Assembly: GCA_951406725.2 (NCBI GenBank) | Contig: OX597814.1 | Location: 27,342,001 to 27,406,000 of the forward strand | Direction: 5' to 3' | Source: Octopus vulgaris | Taxonomy: Eukaryota | Length of the DNA stretch: 64,000 bases | Shown: positions 26,113 to 38,754 of the stretch, one piece after another | How the letters are laid out: each line of letters starts with the position of its first letter | Numbering within the stretch: the first letter of the stretch is position 1 | Program-made: the position numbers and the translations under genes | Notes under the pieces: generated by a model | Seen by the model: only the letters and a program-made list of their open reading frames with translations | The model's database searches: none | What the model was told of the DNA's origin: nothing

Positions 26113-27164
26113 TACATGAGTGATTGCTATGGACATAGTTTTGGAGATGGTCGTGTGTGTTTTACATGCACGTGTGTCGTTTGAGGAAGGAAGACAAGAT
26201 TTGGAAGAGCAGTCATGGATAAAAGGTCAAAGTTCAGTACAAGTTCACCACAAGCTATCCAGTCAGAAAGACTACAATGCAAAACTCATTTTTAGCACAG
26301 AATTTGTATGAGAATATTTTGAGAGGAGAGTTTGTTTTTTTGTTGTTGTTTTTTTATGGAAACTGACACGGAAGTAAATTATAACTATCACAATTAAGCA
26401 ATCATCATTAGCATTATTTAATAATAATAGTCATTTTTATTTAATTTTCTTTTTAGTTTTCTCTTTGAAATGTCTTTCTAAATTACATATATTTTAGCAT
26501 TTTTTTTTTACCGACTTGTTATAAAAGGAACACTCACATTATATATATATACATTTTTGTTTTTATGTTCAGTTATAAATAAAAACAATTTTACATTAAT
26601 CCGAAGGGTTTATTCTATACTTTTATAGAGTACAAATTTATTATTCTGAAAGAATATTGACAGTAACTGCGAAGTTTCGACCAGCTTAAGCCATGCGTGT
26701 GTGTATGTTTGTATGTGTGTATATCTACATTAGCATCACAGTTTGTTTATAAGAACGTCTGATTTTTTTTCCTTAAATATCCTTATGAATTTTTTCACAT
26801 AAATCGTGACTCCATCAATGAACACAAACTTTTGCCAGTATTAAAACCGCATCTATAAATTTCATACCCTCTCATTTCCGTTTTTTTCTTAATTCAATCA
26901 ACCTTTTCTACTTTTTTATGTAAATCAGTAAATCAAAATTTTATTGTAAATTATTTCATTTTTTTTTCTCTTTTTTTTTCCTTCCTTTACATTATTTGAA
27001 GACACTCATTTTGAACATGGATGGGAACAACGATAATACAAATGATACAAAAGAAAAAACGAATAATAAAAAGAAATAGTTTACCAATTCTACGGAGAAT
27101 TGAAACAAATACGAAGAAAAAAAATTACAACATAAGAAAAGCAAGGAAAATATATTTATCTTAC

Positions 27165-27646
27165 CTATTAAACATAAAAAACAAGATTCCTTCTCTAAAT
27201 TTAGAATGATCTATCAACTGAAATCTTGCGACTGACCCGGGTCACCATGTCAATCTAATCACAGTTGGTCACTCCAGGAGTGATGGTGGTGAACGAATGG
27301 ACGGATAGAAAGATAGATGGACAGAGTATGAGTAGGGGTCGACCAACTGAAGAAGACGACGACAGCATATGAAGACAGAACAAAACAAAAACAAAAAAAG
27401 CTAATGTGCTATTCAATACTTTTTTTTTTTTCTCGGAACAACCACTTCCACCGATCACAATCAAGAGCCAAGGAAATACGTCTGAAGATCCCCCTCTCCG
27501 CCTCCTTATTACCCACCACCATCACCTCTCGACGTCTCCCACCACCATCGAGACAAGAGAAAGAAGAAGAGAAGAGTGGAAACGGGAGGGTAAGCGTTTG
27601 AGTGACATCAGGAGGATTCTCCTTAAAGAAACAAAGGTTTAAGTTT
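27165..27646 (-). other. Candidate non-coding (5' UTR) exon
   Basis: Minus-strand acceptor TTTTCCTTATATTTACAG| at 27647 and donor AG|GTAAGA at 27164; unique GC-richer sequence with only short ORFs. Confidence 0.3.
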
Positions 27647-28614
27647 CTGTAAATATAAGGAAAACACGTGGGTATAGCCCAGCAAGACAGATAAGTGAAG
27701 TGAGCTTCAACTTCTCCGTCTGTCTCTTGCCTCTCTCTCTCTCTCTCTCTTTATCTATCTATCTTCTGTGTGAGTGTGCGTTTCTGTCAATGCCTTTAAG
27801 CATGTGTCTGAGTGTAACAACACATGTAACGAGTAGTTGAGATATGGAGTTAGGTTGAGAGAGAGAGAGATACGTGCTGATGATGTTAGGCATCATCCAT
27901 GTTTAAACAAGAGAAGACACATGCCGGACGGGACTGGATCGGATCGGTCATCTTGAAAATGTTGGCTACACTGTTTTGTTCTTAAATGACATTGTGTACG
28001 AGCGCCTGTATACGTGTGCGTGCTTGTGATTAAGTGATGAGGACATATAGAATGCAAAAGAAAGAGAGAGGTAGGGAGAGATAGAGTAGAAAGAGACTCT
28101 TTAAGACTATAAAAAGCAGAATATATATATATAACGTACAGTTTCAGCATGTTGAGAAATATTTTTTAAGGCTAAAAATTTTCAGCATAATAAATTCGAA
28201 TTTCAATCAAGCATATAAAAAACTAGGAAAAGAAATATTAATTAAATAAAATAAAAAGAATTTAATGTATAACCGAAAGATGTTCGAGATATTTAAAATA
28301 GTAACAGAAACTATACATATCTCTTGATAGAAAAAAAATATTAAGCAATATAGGCTATTATTGATGAGAAAATCCAGCCTCTACTACAAACTAATGCCAA
28401 CTTTCAGAACTGGCTGTTATTGTTGTTGTTGTTCATATTGTTGTAGCTGTTTATAATTTTTCTACATACTGTTCACCAAAGTGCAAGGTTGTCAGTAATG
28501 CACTCAACATACATGTGCACGTCTATATCATTAATCAATACATTCGTGATATTGATTTAACTAATCTCATATACCTCTCTCTATCTCTATGTGTGTGTGT
28601 GTGTATATATATAC

Positions 28615-28645
<31 letters not shown>

Positions 28646-28878
28646 TACATACATATAGATACTTTTATGATATATATATATACTCATAGTTAAACATACA
28701 TTCATATATATATATATATATATACACACATACATACAGATACTTTTATGATATATATATACTCATATACAGTTAAACATACATTTATTTATACATGTAC
28801 AATATATATATATACACACACAAATATAACTATATATATTTATATACATTTGTATATAATATATATATACATATAGAC

Positions 28879-29026
28879 ACGGGAGTGGCTGTGTGGCAAG
28901 AAGCTTGCTTCCTAACCACATGGTTCCGAGTTCAGTCCCACCGCGTGGCACCTTGGGCAAGTGTCTTCTACAATAACCTCAGGCCGATCAAAGCCTTGTG
29001 AGTGGATTTGGTAGAAGCCCGTCATG

Positions 29027-29087
<61 letters not shown>

Positions 29088-30090
29088 TTTGTTTGTCCTC
29101 CCACCATCGTTTGTAAACCGATGTTAGTGTATTACGTCCCCGTAACTTAGCAGTTCGGCAAAGGAGACTGATAAGTATTAGGCTTACGAAGAATAATTCT
29201 TTGGGTCGATTCGTTCGACTAAAGGCGGTGCTCCAGCAAGGCCATAGTCAAATAAATGAAACCAGTAAAGGAATAAAAGAATATAGGAGCAGAAGTGGCT
29301 GTGTGGTAAGAAGCTCACTTCCTAACCACATGGTTCCGGGTTCAGTCCCACTGTGTGGCACCTTGGGCAAGTGTCTTCTACTACAGCCTCAGGCTGACCA
29401 AAGCCTTGCGAGTGAATTTGGTAGACGGAAACTGAAAGAAGCCCATCGAATATATGTATATATTTATGCGTGTGTGTCTGTCACTTGACAACCGATGTTG
29501 GTGTGTTTACCTCCTGGTAACTTAGCAGTTCGGCAGAAGCAAACTGATCCCAGGATTTATTTTTTTAAACAGTACCAGGCTTACAAAGAATAAGTCCAGG
29601 GGTCGATATCTTCAACTAAAAGGCAGTGCTCCAACATGGCCACAGTCAAATGACTGAAACAAGTAAAAGAATATATATATACAGGGGCAGAGTTCACGAA
29701 AAAAAAACAAAAGACAAAGACAGGTGGTGTAGAAAACAAACAGATGTATTAGTATAACGGTCAGGAATTGAAAAAGTCTTTTACGTTTCGAGCCTATGCT
29801 CTTCTACAGAAAGAAACAAGAAACAAGGAGAGAAAAAAAAAGTATATACTCGGGCCAACCAAAGCCTTGTGAGAGGATTGGGTAGACGGAAACTGAAAGA
29901 AGCCCATCGTATATATGTATATATATATATATGTGTGTGTGTATATGTTTGTGTATTTGTGTTTGTCTCCCCCAACATCGCTTAACAACTAATGCTGGTG
30001 TGTTTACGTCCCTGTAACTTAGCAGTTCGGCAAAAATGACTGATAGAATAAGTACCAGGCTTACAAAGAATATCTCCTGGGGTCGATTTG
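28879..30090 (+). mobile_element. Three tandem family B SINEs with an intervening Penelope-like fragment
   Basis: Copies at ~28879-29280, ~29286-29671 and ~29849-30090; hammerhead-bearing fragment at ~29682-29845. Confidence 0.85.
29777..29814 (-). ncRNA. Hammerhead-like motif with variant core CTGTAGA
   Basis: TCTTT-CTGTAGA-A-GAGC ATAG GCTC-GAAA-CGTA-AAAGA on the minus strand. Confidence 0.6.
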
Positions 30091-30461
30091 CGTCTGAGGA
30101 AACCCATTACATGTGGGAGCAAAAATCTGAAGACTGTGCCTGCAGAAGTCCAGATGTCACTCCATGTGGTTTTTACCTGTGGAGTTACACAAAAGAAATG
30201 TACAAGACAAAACCACACATACTGGAGGACTTGGAGACACGGATTCAGTGATATCCCAGACAACATCCTTCAGAAGGTTGTTCATTCTAACCCCAGCCAT
30301 TTGAGGAAACTGGTTGATGCCACTGGTGCTTACGTTGAAATATGAAGATTTACTTTTATTTCCTCACGTAATAAAGAACATGTATCATTTGTTTCAATAA
30401 ATTTGTAAAAGGAATATGGATTTTATTACCAATTTTTAATGCCTACTTACTTTTAACCCAC

Positions 30462-30466
<5 letters not shown>
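30091..30466 (+). mobile_element. Tc1/mariner transposase 3' remnant
   Basis: Translation RSPDVTPCGFYLWSYTKEMYKTKPHILEDLETRI matches the WPPRSPDLTPCDFFLWG...LEELK motif region. Confidence 0.8.
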
Positions 30467-30508
<42 letters not shown>

Positions 30509-30571
30509 CGCCATGTTGATTCGCTAGCTTCTGCACGCATCTTTTTTCTCTCCGTGTTTCTTTTCTGTGTA

Positions 30572-30609
30572 TCTTTCTGTTGAAGAGCGTAGGCTCGAAA
30601 CGTAAAAGA
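30572..30609 (+). ncRNA. Hammerhead-like motif with variant core CTGTTGA, within a Penelope-like fragment (~30508-30706) between (TA)n tracts
   Basis: TCTTT-CTGTTGA-A-GAGC GTAG GCTC-GAAA-CGTA-AAAGA. Confidence 0.6.
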
Positions 30610-30705
30610 CTTGTTTTATTTATATTCCTGAGCGGCATACTAATACAATTGTTTGCTTGTATTCCACCTGCCTTCGTCTTTTGTTTATTTTCATAAAGCT
30701 TCCCG

Positions 30706-30794
<89 letters not shown>

Positions 30795-31489
30795 ATTTGT
30801 TCCGTCGTTAGACTGCACCCATGTTGGGGCATCACCTTCAAATATTTAATCTTGCGAATTGATTCCAGTATTTATTTTTTTAAAGTTTGGTGCTTATTCT
30901 GTGCTCTCTTATGCCAAACCACTAACTTACAAGGAAGTAAACAAACCAACACCAGATGTCAACTGGCTGAGTGGGCCGGGGACAAACACAAACACACACA
31001 CACACACATTATATATGACAAACTTCCAGTTTTCATCTTTCGAGTTCATTCACAAGATATTGGTCAGTACAGAGCTGTAGTAAAAGACTTTTGACTAAGA
31101 TACCATGCAAAGGAGTACTGCAAGAACAATGAGGCTGGAGGATACCATACAGGTAGAAGGGAAGAGTAGATTGTAAATGTAAAGAAAGCATCCCAGGTAG
31201 GGAGGAAACAAGGGTGGTGAGAGAAAGGAGCAGAGGGTACTGGCAGAGGTATAGCCAGGTTCTAAACCTAGGGGAAGCAAGCAGATAAAAAATAAAGGCA
31301 CCATGACACATACCAAACAATTTTTAACTCATTTCTCTTGTACTATGCGGAATATTTCATTAGTTATGATATAGGTAATTATATTCTACATTAATTAATT
31401 TCATGTTTCAGTAACAAATGTCATTATGTATGACACTCAGAACAACTGAATATATGTGTAACGTGAAAAAATTTAACTCCATGAGATAG

Positions 31490-31880
31490 GTGTAGGAGTG
31501 GCTCTGTGGTAAGTAGCTTGCTTACGAACCACATGGTTCCGGGTTCAGTCCCACTGCATGGCACCTTGGGCAAGTCTTCTACTATAGCCTCGGGCTGACC
31601 AAAGCCGTGTCAGTAGATTTGGTAGAGGGAAACTGAAAGAAGCCTGTCATATAAAGTATGTATGTGTGTGTGTATATGTTTGAGTGTCTGTGTTTGTCCC
31701 CCCAACATCGCTTGACAACCGATGCTGGTGTGTTTATGTCCCCATAACTTAGCAGTTTGGCAAAAGAGACAGATAGATTAAGTACTTAAAAAGAATAAGT
31801 CCTGGGGTCGATTTGCTCAACTAAAGGCGGTGCTTCAGCATGGCCACAGTCAAATGACTGAAACAAGTAAAAGAGTAAAA
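31490..31880 (+). mobile_element. Family B SINE, full length
   Basis: Head GGAGTGGCTCTGTGGTAAG through tail GAAACAAGTAAAAGAGTAAAAGA. Confidence 0.9.
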
Positions 31881-31974
31881 GATCATCTAGTGTCGAGAAG
31901 TTTTGCAGGGTTTGTTTTGGTTCTTCAGATGCCAGCAGCCACCAACACATCACAGAAACACTGTATATATGTGT

Positions 31975-32358
31975 GTGGAGGCGCAATGGCCCAGTGGTTA
32001 GGGCAGCGGACTCGCGGTCATAGGATCGCAGTTTCGATTCCCAGACCGGGCGTTGTGTGTGTTTATTGAGCGAAAACACCTAAAGCTCCACGAGGCTCCA
32101 GCAGGGGATGGTGGTGATCCCTGCTGTACTCTTTCACCACAACTTTCTCTCACTCTTACTTCCTGTTTCTGTTGTACCTGTATTTCAAAGGGCCGGCCTT
32201 GTCACTCTCTGTGTCACGCTGAATATCCCCGAGAACTACGTTAAGGGTACATGTGTCTGTGGAGTGCTCAGCCACTTACACGTTGATTTCCCGAGCAGGC
32301 TGTTCCGTTGATTCGGATCAACCGGAACCCTCATCGTCGTAACCGACGGAGTGCTTCC
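31975..32358 (+). mobile_element. Family A SINE, long-tail form
   Basis: Near-identical to 572-955; TSD ATATATGTGT. Confidence 0.9.
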
Positions 32359-32976
32359 ATATATGTGTGTATCATCCCTATCATCATCGTTTAACATCCA
32401 CCTTCCATGCTAGCATGGGTAGGACTGAGATCTCTGTTGATATGCTACTGATATTAAATAAAGTGTTAAACACACCGTAGAAATTAGTAGCTTCAGTTCT
32501 CTCTAGTTACTGGATTTGTTGAGTACATAAACAGGTTGGTTGCTTGTTTCTTTGAGATTGGTCAAAATGATATAGACACTTGTGAGGAAAATCCAATAAG
32601 TTCTGAAAATCAATTGAGGCTTTTCATAATTTTTCTCAGTCAATAGAGAAATAGTTAAATTTGCCCTGTTTATATATCTCCTACATTGATTATAAATAGT
32701 AAATCCAAAAGAAGAAGACCAAACAACATGAGGACATGGTACATGTAGAGTATTAGCAGATGCTCAGGGAAGAAAAGAAAGATGGTTTAACATTTTGAGC
32801 AATGCTCTTCTCCAGAAACAGAGGAAAGTCCAATAGAAAGGAAGACGGAGGAAGAAAATCATCAATGATTCATATGCAGTTACATTTTAGTACAAACAAG
32901 ATAAATAACTCTAAATATGAGAATATTTATAATGTTTAAAATAGAATATATGCATATATATAAATATGTTTATATA

Positions 32977-33275
32977 TCACGTGATCGACCAGACCATCAG
33001 ATGTTGTTACACATCGCTGGTCACAATGCGTTCGCATTGTTTTAGCCTTCGAATGACGCCACCCCGCTGGCTAAGCAAGCAGGCCAACAGAAGAAAGAGT
33101 GAGAGAAAGAGGGGTGAAAGAGTACAGCAAGGATCACCACCATCCCTGCCGGAGCCTCGTGGAACTTTTAGGTGTTTTCGCTCAATAAACACACACAACG
33201 CCCAGTCTGGGAATCGAAACCGCAATCCTACGACCGCGAGTCCGCTGCCCTAACCACTAGGCCATTGCGCCTCCA
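32977..33275 (-). mobile_element. Family A SINE with an alternative shorter 3' tail
   Basis: Shares head and ~190 bp with 31975-32358, then switches to an unrelated tail. Confidence 0.85.
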
Positions 33276-33460
33276 TATATATGATTGATTGATTGATTGA
33301 TTGATTCTAGTTTCAGCTTATGAGCTGTGGCCATGCTGGGGCACATATATATATATATATAATTGTTAAAGAAGACAACAAACATGAAGACAAGGCAAAC
33401 ATCTCAAGTCATATATATTATTATTATTATTATTATTATTATTACTGAAAAAAATTCAAA

Positions 33461-33516
33461 GTCTTACAGCTGTTTCTGGGATATCCCAGAGTATGGGATA
33501 TTATGTCATCAGAGAC
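33461..33516 (-). ncRNA. Type I hammerhead ribozyme motif
   Basis: GTCT-CTGATGA-stem II containing ATATCCCA/TGGGATAT-GAAA-C AGCT G-TA-AGAC. Confidence 0.7.
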
Positions 33517-33632
33517 AAATAGGGAAAATGGATATAGATTAATGAAATGACAACATAGAGGAAAGGAGTAAAGGAAGCACTTACCTAGCGTATCTAATCA
33601 TTTAGATCAACTGTGAGCTAAACCCCATACTT

Positions 33633-33717
<85 letters not shown>

Positions 33718-34129
33718 GAAGAAAAAGAAAAGGGAGATTGGAAAGTCAATAATTATTAACTTCCCAATCTCCATTTTCTTTTTCTTCTTTTACATGAATA
33801 TAAACTATATGCTTTTATATATATATATATACACCTATTATTTTAAGGAAATTAATTTCCCCCAAATACTAAACATTATTTCCTTGGATGAAATCATCCC
33901 TTCATGATGTTAACACAACCTCTAATTAAATTTACATATATATAAAAAAAAAAAAAAAAATAAATTTACATATACAATATAAATATATATATATATTTAC
34001 ATACAATATATATATATATATTAAGGTATGTAGAAAAATAAACATGACAAACGTATACTCTTAGACGACAAATATACATAATATATATATATATACAATA
34101 TATATATATATATAATATATATATATATA

Positions 34130-34169
<40 letters not shown>

Positions 34170-34242
34170 AAAATACATATATATATATATACATACATAT
34201 ATATAATATATAATATATATATATATATATAGGTATATATGT

Positions 34243-34276
<34 letters not shown>

Positions 34277-34348
34277 CACACATACATATAAATTACAGGG
34301 ATATACTTGCATAGCAAGTGACCTGATCTGAGATCGTGTGCTAAAACA

Positions 34349-34508
34349 AAAACAATTGCAGCGTGGAAGGTGTTTATCAGCCATTTAAAAACACACAAAA
34401 ACCGTTAGATTCACTTCAATATTTTGACAAATTTAAATATTGAAGTGAATCTAACGGTTTCTCTCTGTTTTTAAATGGCTTATAAACACCTTTCATTCTG
34501 CAATTGTT
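34349..34508. repeat. Imperfect inverted repeat (~75-bp arms) next to (TA)n/(GTAT)n tracts
   Basis: AACAATTGCAG...GATTCACTTCAATATTT pairs with AAATATTGAAGTGAATC...CTGCAATTGTT. Confidence 0.85.
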
Positions 34509-34544
34509 TGTTTGTTTATGTATGTATGTATGTATATATGTATG

Positions 34545-35600
34545 TACGTCATCACCATTGGAATCATTTTACATCCATTTTCCATGTTATTATGGGGAGG
34601 ACAGTTTATCAGGATGCAATAGGTTGGGAGACTGCATTTTTCTCCAATGTCATAATCTTAGCATTGTTTCTATGGCTTGATGCCCGCCATAACAGCAACC
34701 ACTTTACAGAGTGGTCTGGGTGCTTCTGTTTTTTTTTTTCAGGTAGCATCAGCACTAGAGATTGCCCTAGCTATCAGCAAGACTAAAGAGTCCTGTCAAA
34801 CCCTGCATTGTGGTTGCTTGATTACCAACCACTTACAGAGTGGTGAGACTAACACAGGCAGCGTTGGGGAAGGGGACAATAGCAGAGAAAGTGCAAGGTA
34901 GTGTTCTGGGGTTGGTGAGAGTTAGAAAATGATTGGACAGTTGTGCTACTCGGTGTTATAAATAAGTGGGTGTGGTTTAGAGAATAGACTGTGGTAGGTT
35001 ACGAGTTTACAAAATAGGCAATAAACAAGGCAGGGGATGCATGCACTAAGCTTGCAGAAGAGGATAAGTCTTCTACAGCACTGCATGCCACCAATCAACA
35101 TGGTCTCCTATCATCTCCTTCAACAGATGTAACATCTTGAGATCACTTTTCACCACCTCATACCAAGTTTTCTCTGTGTCTTTCTTCCACAGATTTGAGT
35201 ACTCTGCACTTGCTTATGCAACTGTCATCTTCCATTCACATTATATGCCCATCTTCCATTCACATTATATGCACAGTATCCTCTCTTGTACACTAGATCT
35301 GATTCCACTTTTAACTAGTTTGTCTCGTGGTTCATTTATACTTTGTCATTCATAAACACTAACATAGTGAAGTATGCTTGCTTCATTTTTTTTTTTCTAA
35401 CCTTTACATGTCTTCTACACTTAAGACCTACATCTCATTGCCATGCAGTAGTACACTTTGCATGCAAGCTTCATACAATATGCTCTTGATCTTGAGGGAT
35501 AAACCATTTCTAATCTGTTCTTATTCTATCTACCACATTTTTGAAGCATCCACTCCACTGATAATTTGGTCACCTAGGTAACAAAATCAATCAATTACTT
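34545..35600 (-). mobile_element. Highly decayed RTE-like LINE remnant
   Basis: Patchy reverse-strand similarity to the 5958-6396 element (e.g. CACCACCTCATACCAAG at ~35151) and an RTE-type 3' end near 34550. Confidence 0.4.
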
Positions 35601-36099
35601 CTAGGGAAGTATCTGTGTGTTTGAGAGGACTCTTAATGCTTACTATTCCGGTGCACCTGCTGCATCTGAAATCTACCTTTTCTGTTAATCTACCTTTTGT
35701 TCCTCAGCAGTTTGTACCTGTCCAGTGATTAAACTGAGTAAACGTCAAGGAATTTCTACTGATTCTTCTTTGGCAGGCAAAGCACAGCCATTTCCCTGAT
35801 GTTACAAGGGTCCTATCCTCCTTCATTCCCCCCTCTCTCTCTCTCTCTGAGTGAATGTGTGTGAACATGTGTTATTAAACAAACTGGGTTGCAAAAAATA
35901 AATCAGAGTGACCAACGGCATCTAGCTATAGAAACCAAGTCAAAAAAGACTAGAACCTAGTGCAGCTCTCCAGCTAAACAGCTTTGGTCAAACTGTAAAA
36001 CCCATCCCAACAGGGAAAATGGACATTAAATGATGATGACACATATACATACATATAATTATACGTGTATATATATGTGTGTGTGTACATATATGTGTG

Positions 36100-36388
36100 T
36101 GTGGTAAGAAGCTTACTTCCCAATCACAGAAGCCCACCATATATATATATATATATATACACACACGCACACATATATGCATGTATTTGTTATTTGTATC
36201 TGTGCTTTCCCCCCACCATCGCTTGACAACCGATGTTGGTGTGTTTACGTTCCCATCACTTAGGGCTTCGGCAAAAAAGACCGGTAGAATAAGTACCAGG
36301 CTTACAAAAAATAATCCCTGGGATCGATTTGTTTGACTAAAGGTGGTGCTCCAGCATGGCCGAAGTAAATGACAAACAAGTAAAAGAA
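36100..36388 (+). mobile_element. Family B SINE with internal deletion
   Basis: Head stub GTGTGGTAAGAAGCTT joined to GAAGCCC; complete tail. Confidence 0.8.
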
Positions 36389-37409
36389 TATATATATATA
36401 TATGTACGTATATATCTATATATGTGTGTGTGTACATATATATATATATCTATCTATATATATATATATATCTGTCTATATATATATATATATATATGCA
36501 CGCACACATATACACACAGACATATTCTAATATCTGGCAAAAGAGAGTGACTCAGGGGTCGAAGAGTTTCGTGAGTTAGCACTTTCCAAGCCTACACTCA
36601 CATCACCATCGTCATCCATTTCATACATACAAATAAACCAGAAGAAAGTGAAAGCGAGCAATACCCAACGACAGTACCTCGTTCTCGAAGCTGAATCTAT
36701 TTTATTAGCAATCGGTCTAAGTGAAAGAGGAGAGGGAGTGATTTGATTACAAGCAGTCAGTCACGGCAAGCAAGACCTAAATGTTTACTTTAACAGAAGT
36801 CTTTTAGAAAGGACACAGTATATAACGTATACAAGGTGGGATGGCTGAAAACGAAGTCGGTCTCCTCCTTCCAAGTTTATACCGTCTCGCTACCTAGATC
36901 TTCAGGCACGAATATGTAAGCAGATTATAGCTCTGTAAGCCTGGCTATTGATTTGGTTTTTCTGTCATGTCAGGTTACATTCTGTCGTGATGGTTAAGGA
37001 AAGAGCTTATCTTCTTTTTGTTTTTGTTTTCTGTGAAAAGTCAGCACTACCAAATAAAAGATTTAGTTTTTATTGTGGAAACTTATCCTAACAATAAGTA
37101 ATAATTAGAACAGCTTACCGACCAACCGTAAAATTTTCACACACGCTCACATGTAGACAGGGTTACTTTGAGTCAAAGTAACAAAACTCCAATGATTAAA
37201 TACTGTCATACTATTGATGACAGCATAATATACACCAAAGAAATCTGGAAAAATTTGACATAAAGAAACTTTAGAAAAGTACAATAATTAATTACAAATT
37301 GTTTTGATGAGATGATTAAATCATTCATCATTTCTAACCTATTGTTTAAAGCAGAGCTTTACATTTAATATTTATTTTTAACTAGACTTTTGTGGATTTT
37401 CTGTTTAGA

Positions 37410-37762
37410 CACAAGCGTGGTAAGTTTGCTTAACCACATGGTTTCGGGTACAGTCCCACTGCGGTGCACCTTGTTTTAGCCCTGGGCCAACCAAAGCCTT
37501 TTGAGTGGATTTCATGAACGGAAACTGAAAGAAACCTGTCGTTTATGTGTGTGTGTGTGTGAGTGTGTGTATTTATCCCTATCACCGCTTGACAACCGGT
37601 GATGGTATGTTTAGTTCATGTAAAATAGCGGTTCAGCAAAAGAGACTGATAAAATAAGTCCCAATCTTAAATAAAAAGTAGTGGGTCAATTCATTCAACT
37701 AAATTTCTTCAAAGCGGTGCCCCAGCATGGCCACAGTCTAATGACTGAAACAAGTAAAAGAT
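37410..37762 (+). mobile_element. Family B SINE
   Basis: Head, core and GACTGAAACAAGTAAAAG tail. Confidence 0.8.
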
Positions 37763-37784
37763 ATCACTTATAGGAGCTGAAATA

Positions 37785-38322
37785 TTGGCAGAAACGGTAG
37801 CACGACAGACGGAAAGCTTAGCGGTATTTCGTCTACAGTTTCGTTCTGAGTTCAAATTTGCCTTTCATCCTTTCGATGAGGTCGATTTTGCCTTTCATCC
37901 TTTCGGGGTCGATAAATTAAGTACCAGTTGCGCACTGGGGTCGATATAATCGACTCAATCCGTTTGCTTGTCCTCTCTGTCTTTAGCCCCTTGTGGGTAG
38001 TAAAGAAATGGGTATTTCGCCTGCCGTTACGTTCTGAGTTCAAATTCCGCTGTGGTCGTCTTTGCCTTTCATCCTTTCTGGGTCGATAAATTAAGTACCT
38101 ATTTCTTTACTACCCACAGGGGCTAAACACAGAGGGGGCAGACAAACGGATTAAGTCGATTACATAGACCCCAGTGCGTAACTGGAACTTAATTTATCGA
38201 CCCCGAAAGGATAAATTAAGTACCAGTTATGCACTGGGGTCGATATAATCGACTTAATCCCTTTATCTGTCCTTGTTTGTCCCCCTCCATGTTTAGCCCC
38301 TTGTGAGCAATAAAGAAATAAA
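37785..38322 (+). mobile_element. Rearranged family C SINE multimer with an internal inversion
   Basis: Head-to-tail junction at ~38005-38018; inverted tail/core segment at ~38097-38212. Confidence 0.8.
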
Positions 38323-38754
38323 TATTGCCAGAGTGGGGCTTATTGAAAGTTTCCAAATAAAATTAACAAGGAGTGCCAAAGATTGGGAGATCAGTCATGA
38401 GGAAGAAGAATAAACGAAAAGAGGTTGGGGAGAATGAAAATACCGTCATGGATTTGTAGTCACAATGAATTGATTTGCTTTTGAAAATTAAACTGTGCAT
38501 TGTCCCGTTGCTTTTGATGTATTTAAAGAAAGGAAACAGTACAAAAATAAATTTCTCTGTCATATACATATGCGCGCACGTGCGTGTGTATGTGTGTGTG
38601 TGTGTATGCATACACGCGGCGCGCGAGCGCATATATATAAATTTCATGCTTAGTTCTGGTTAGAAACTTACTCTCTGTTTTCATCCTTCGATGTTGCTCT
38701 TCCGCAAATAACTGGTAACAAGAGCGAAACAAATTGCTATTATACTATTATTAA

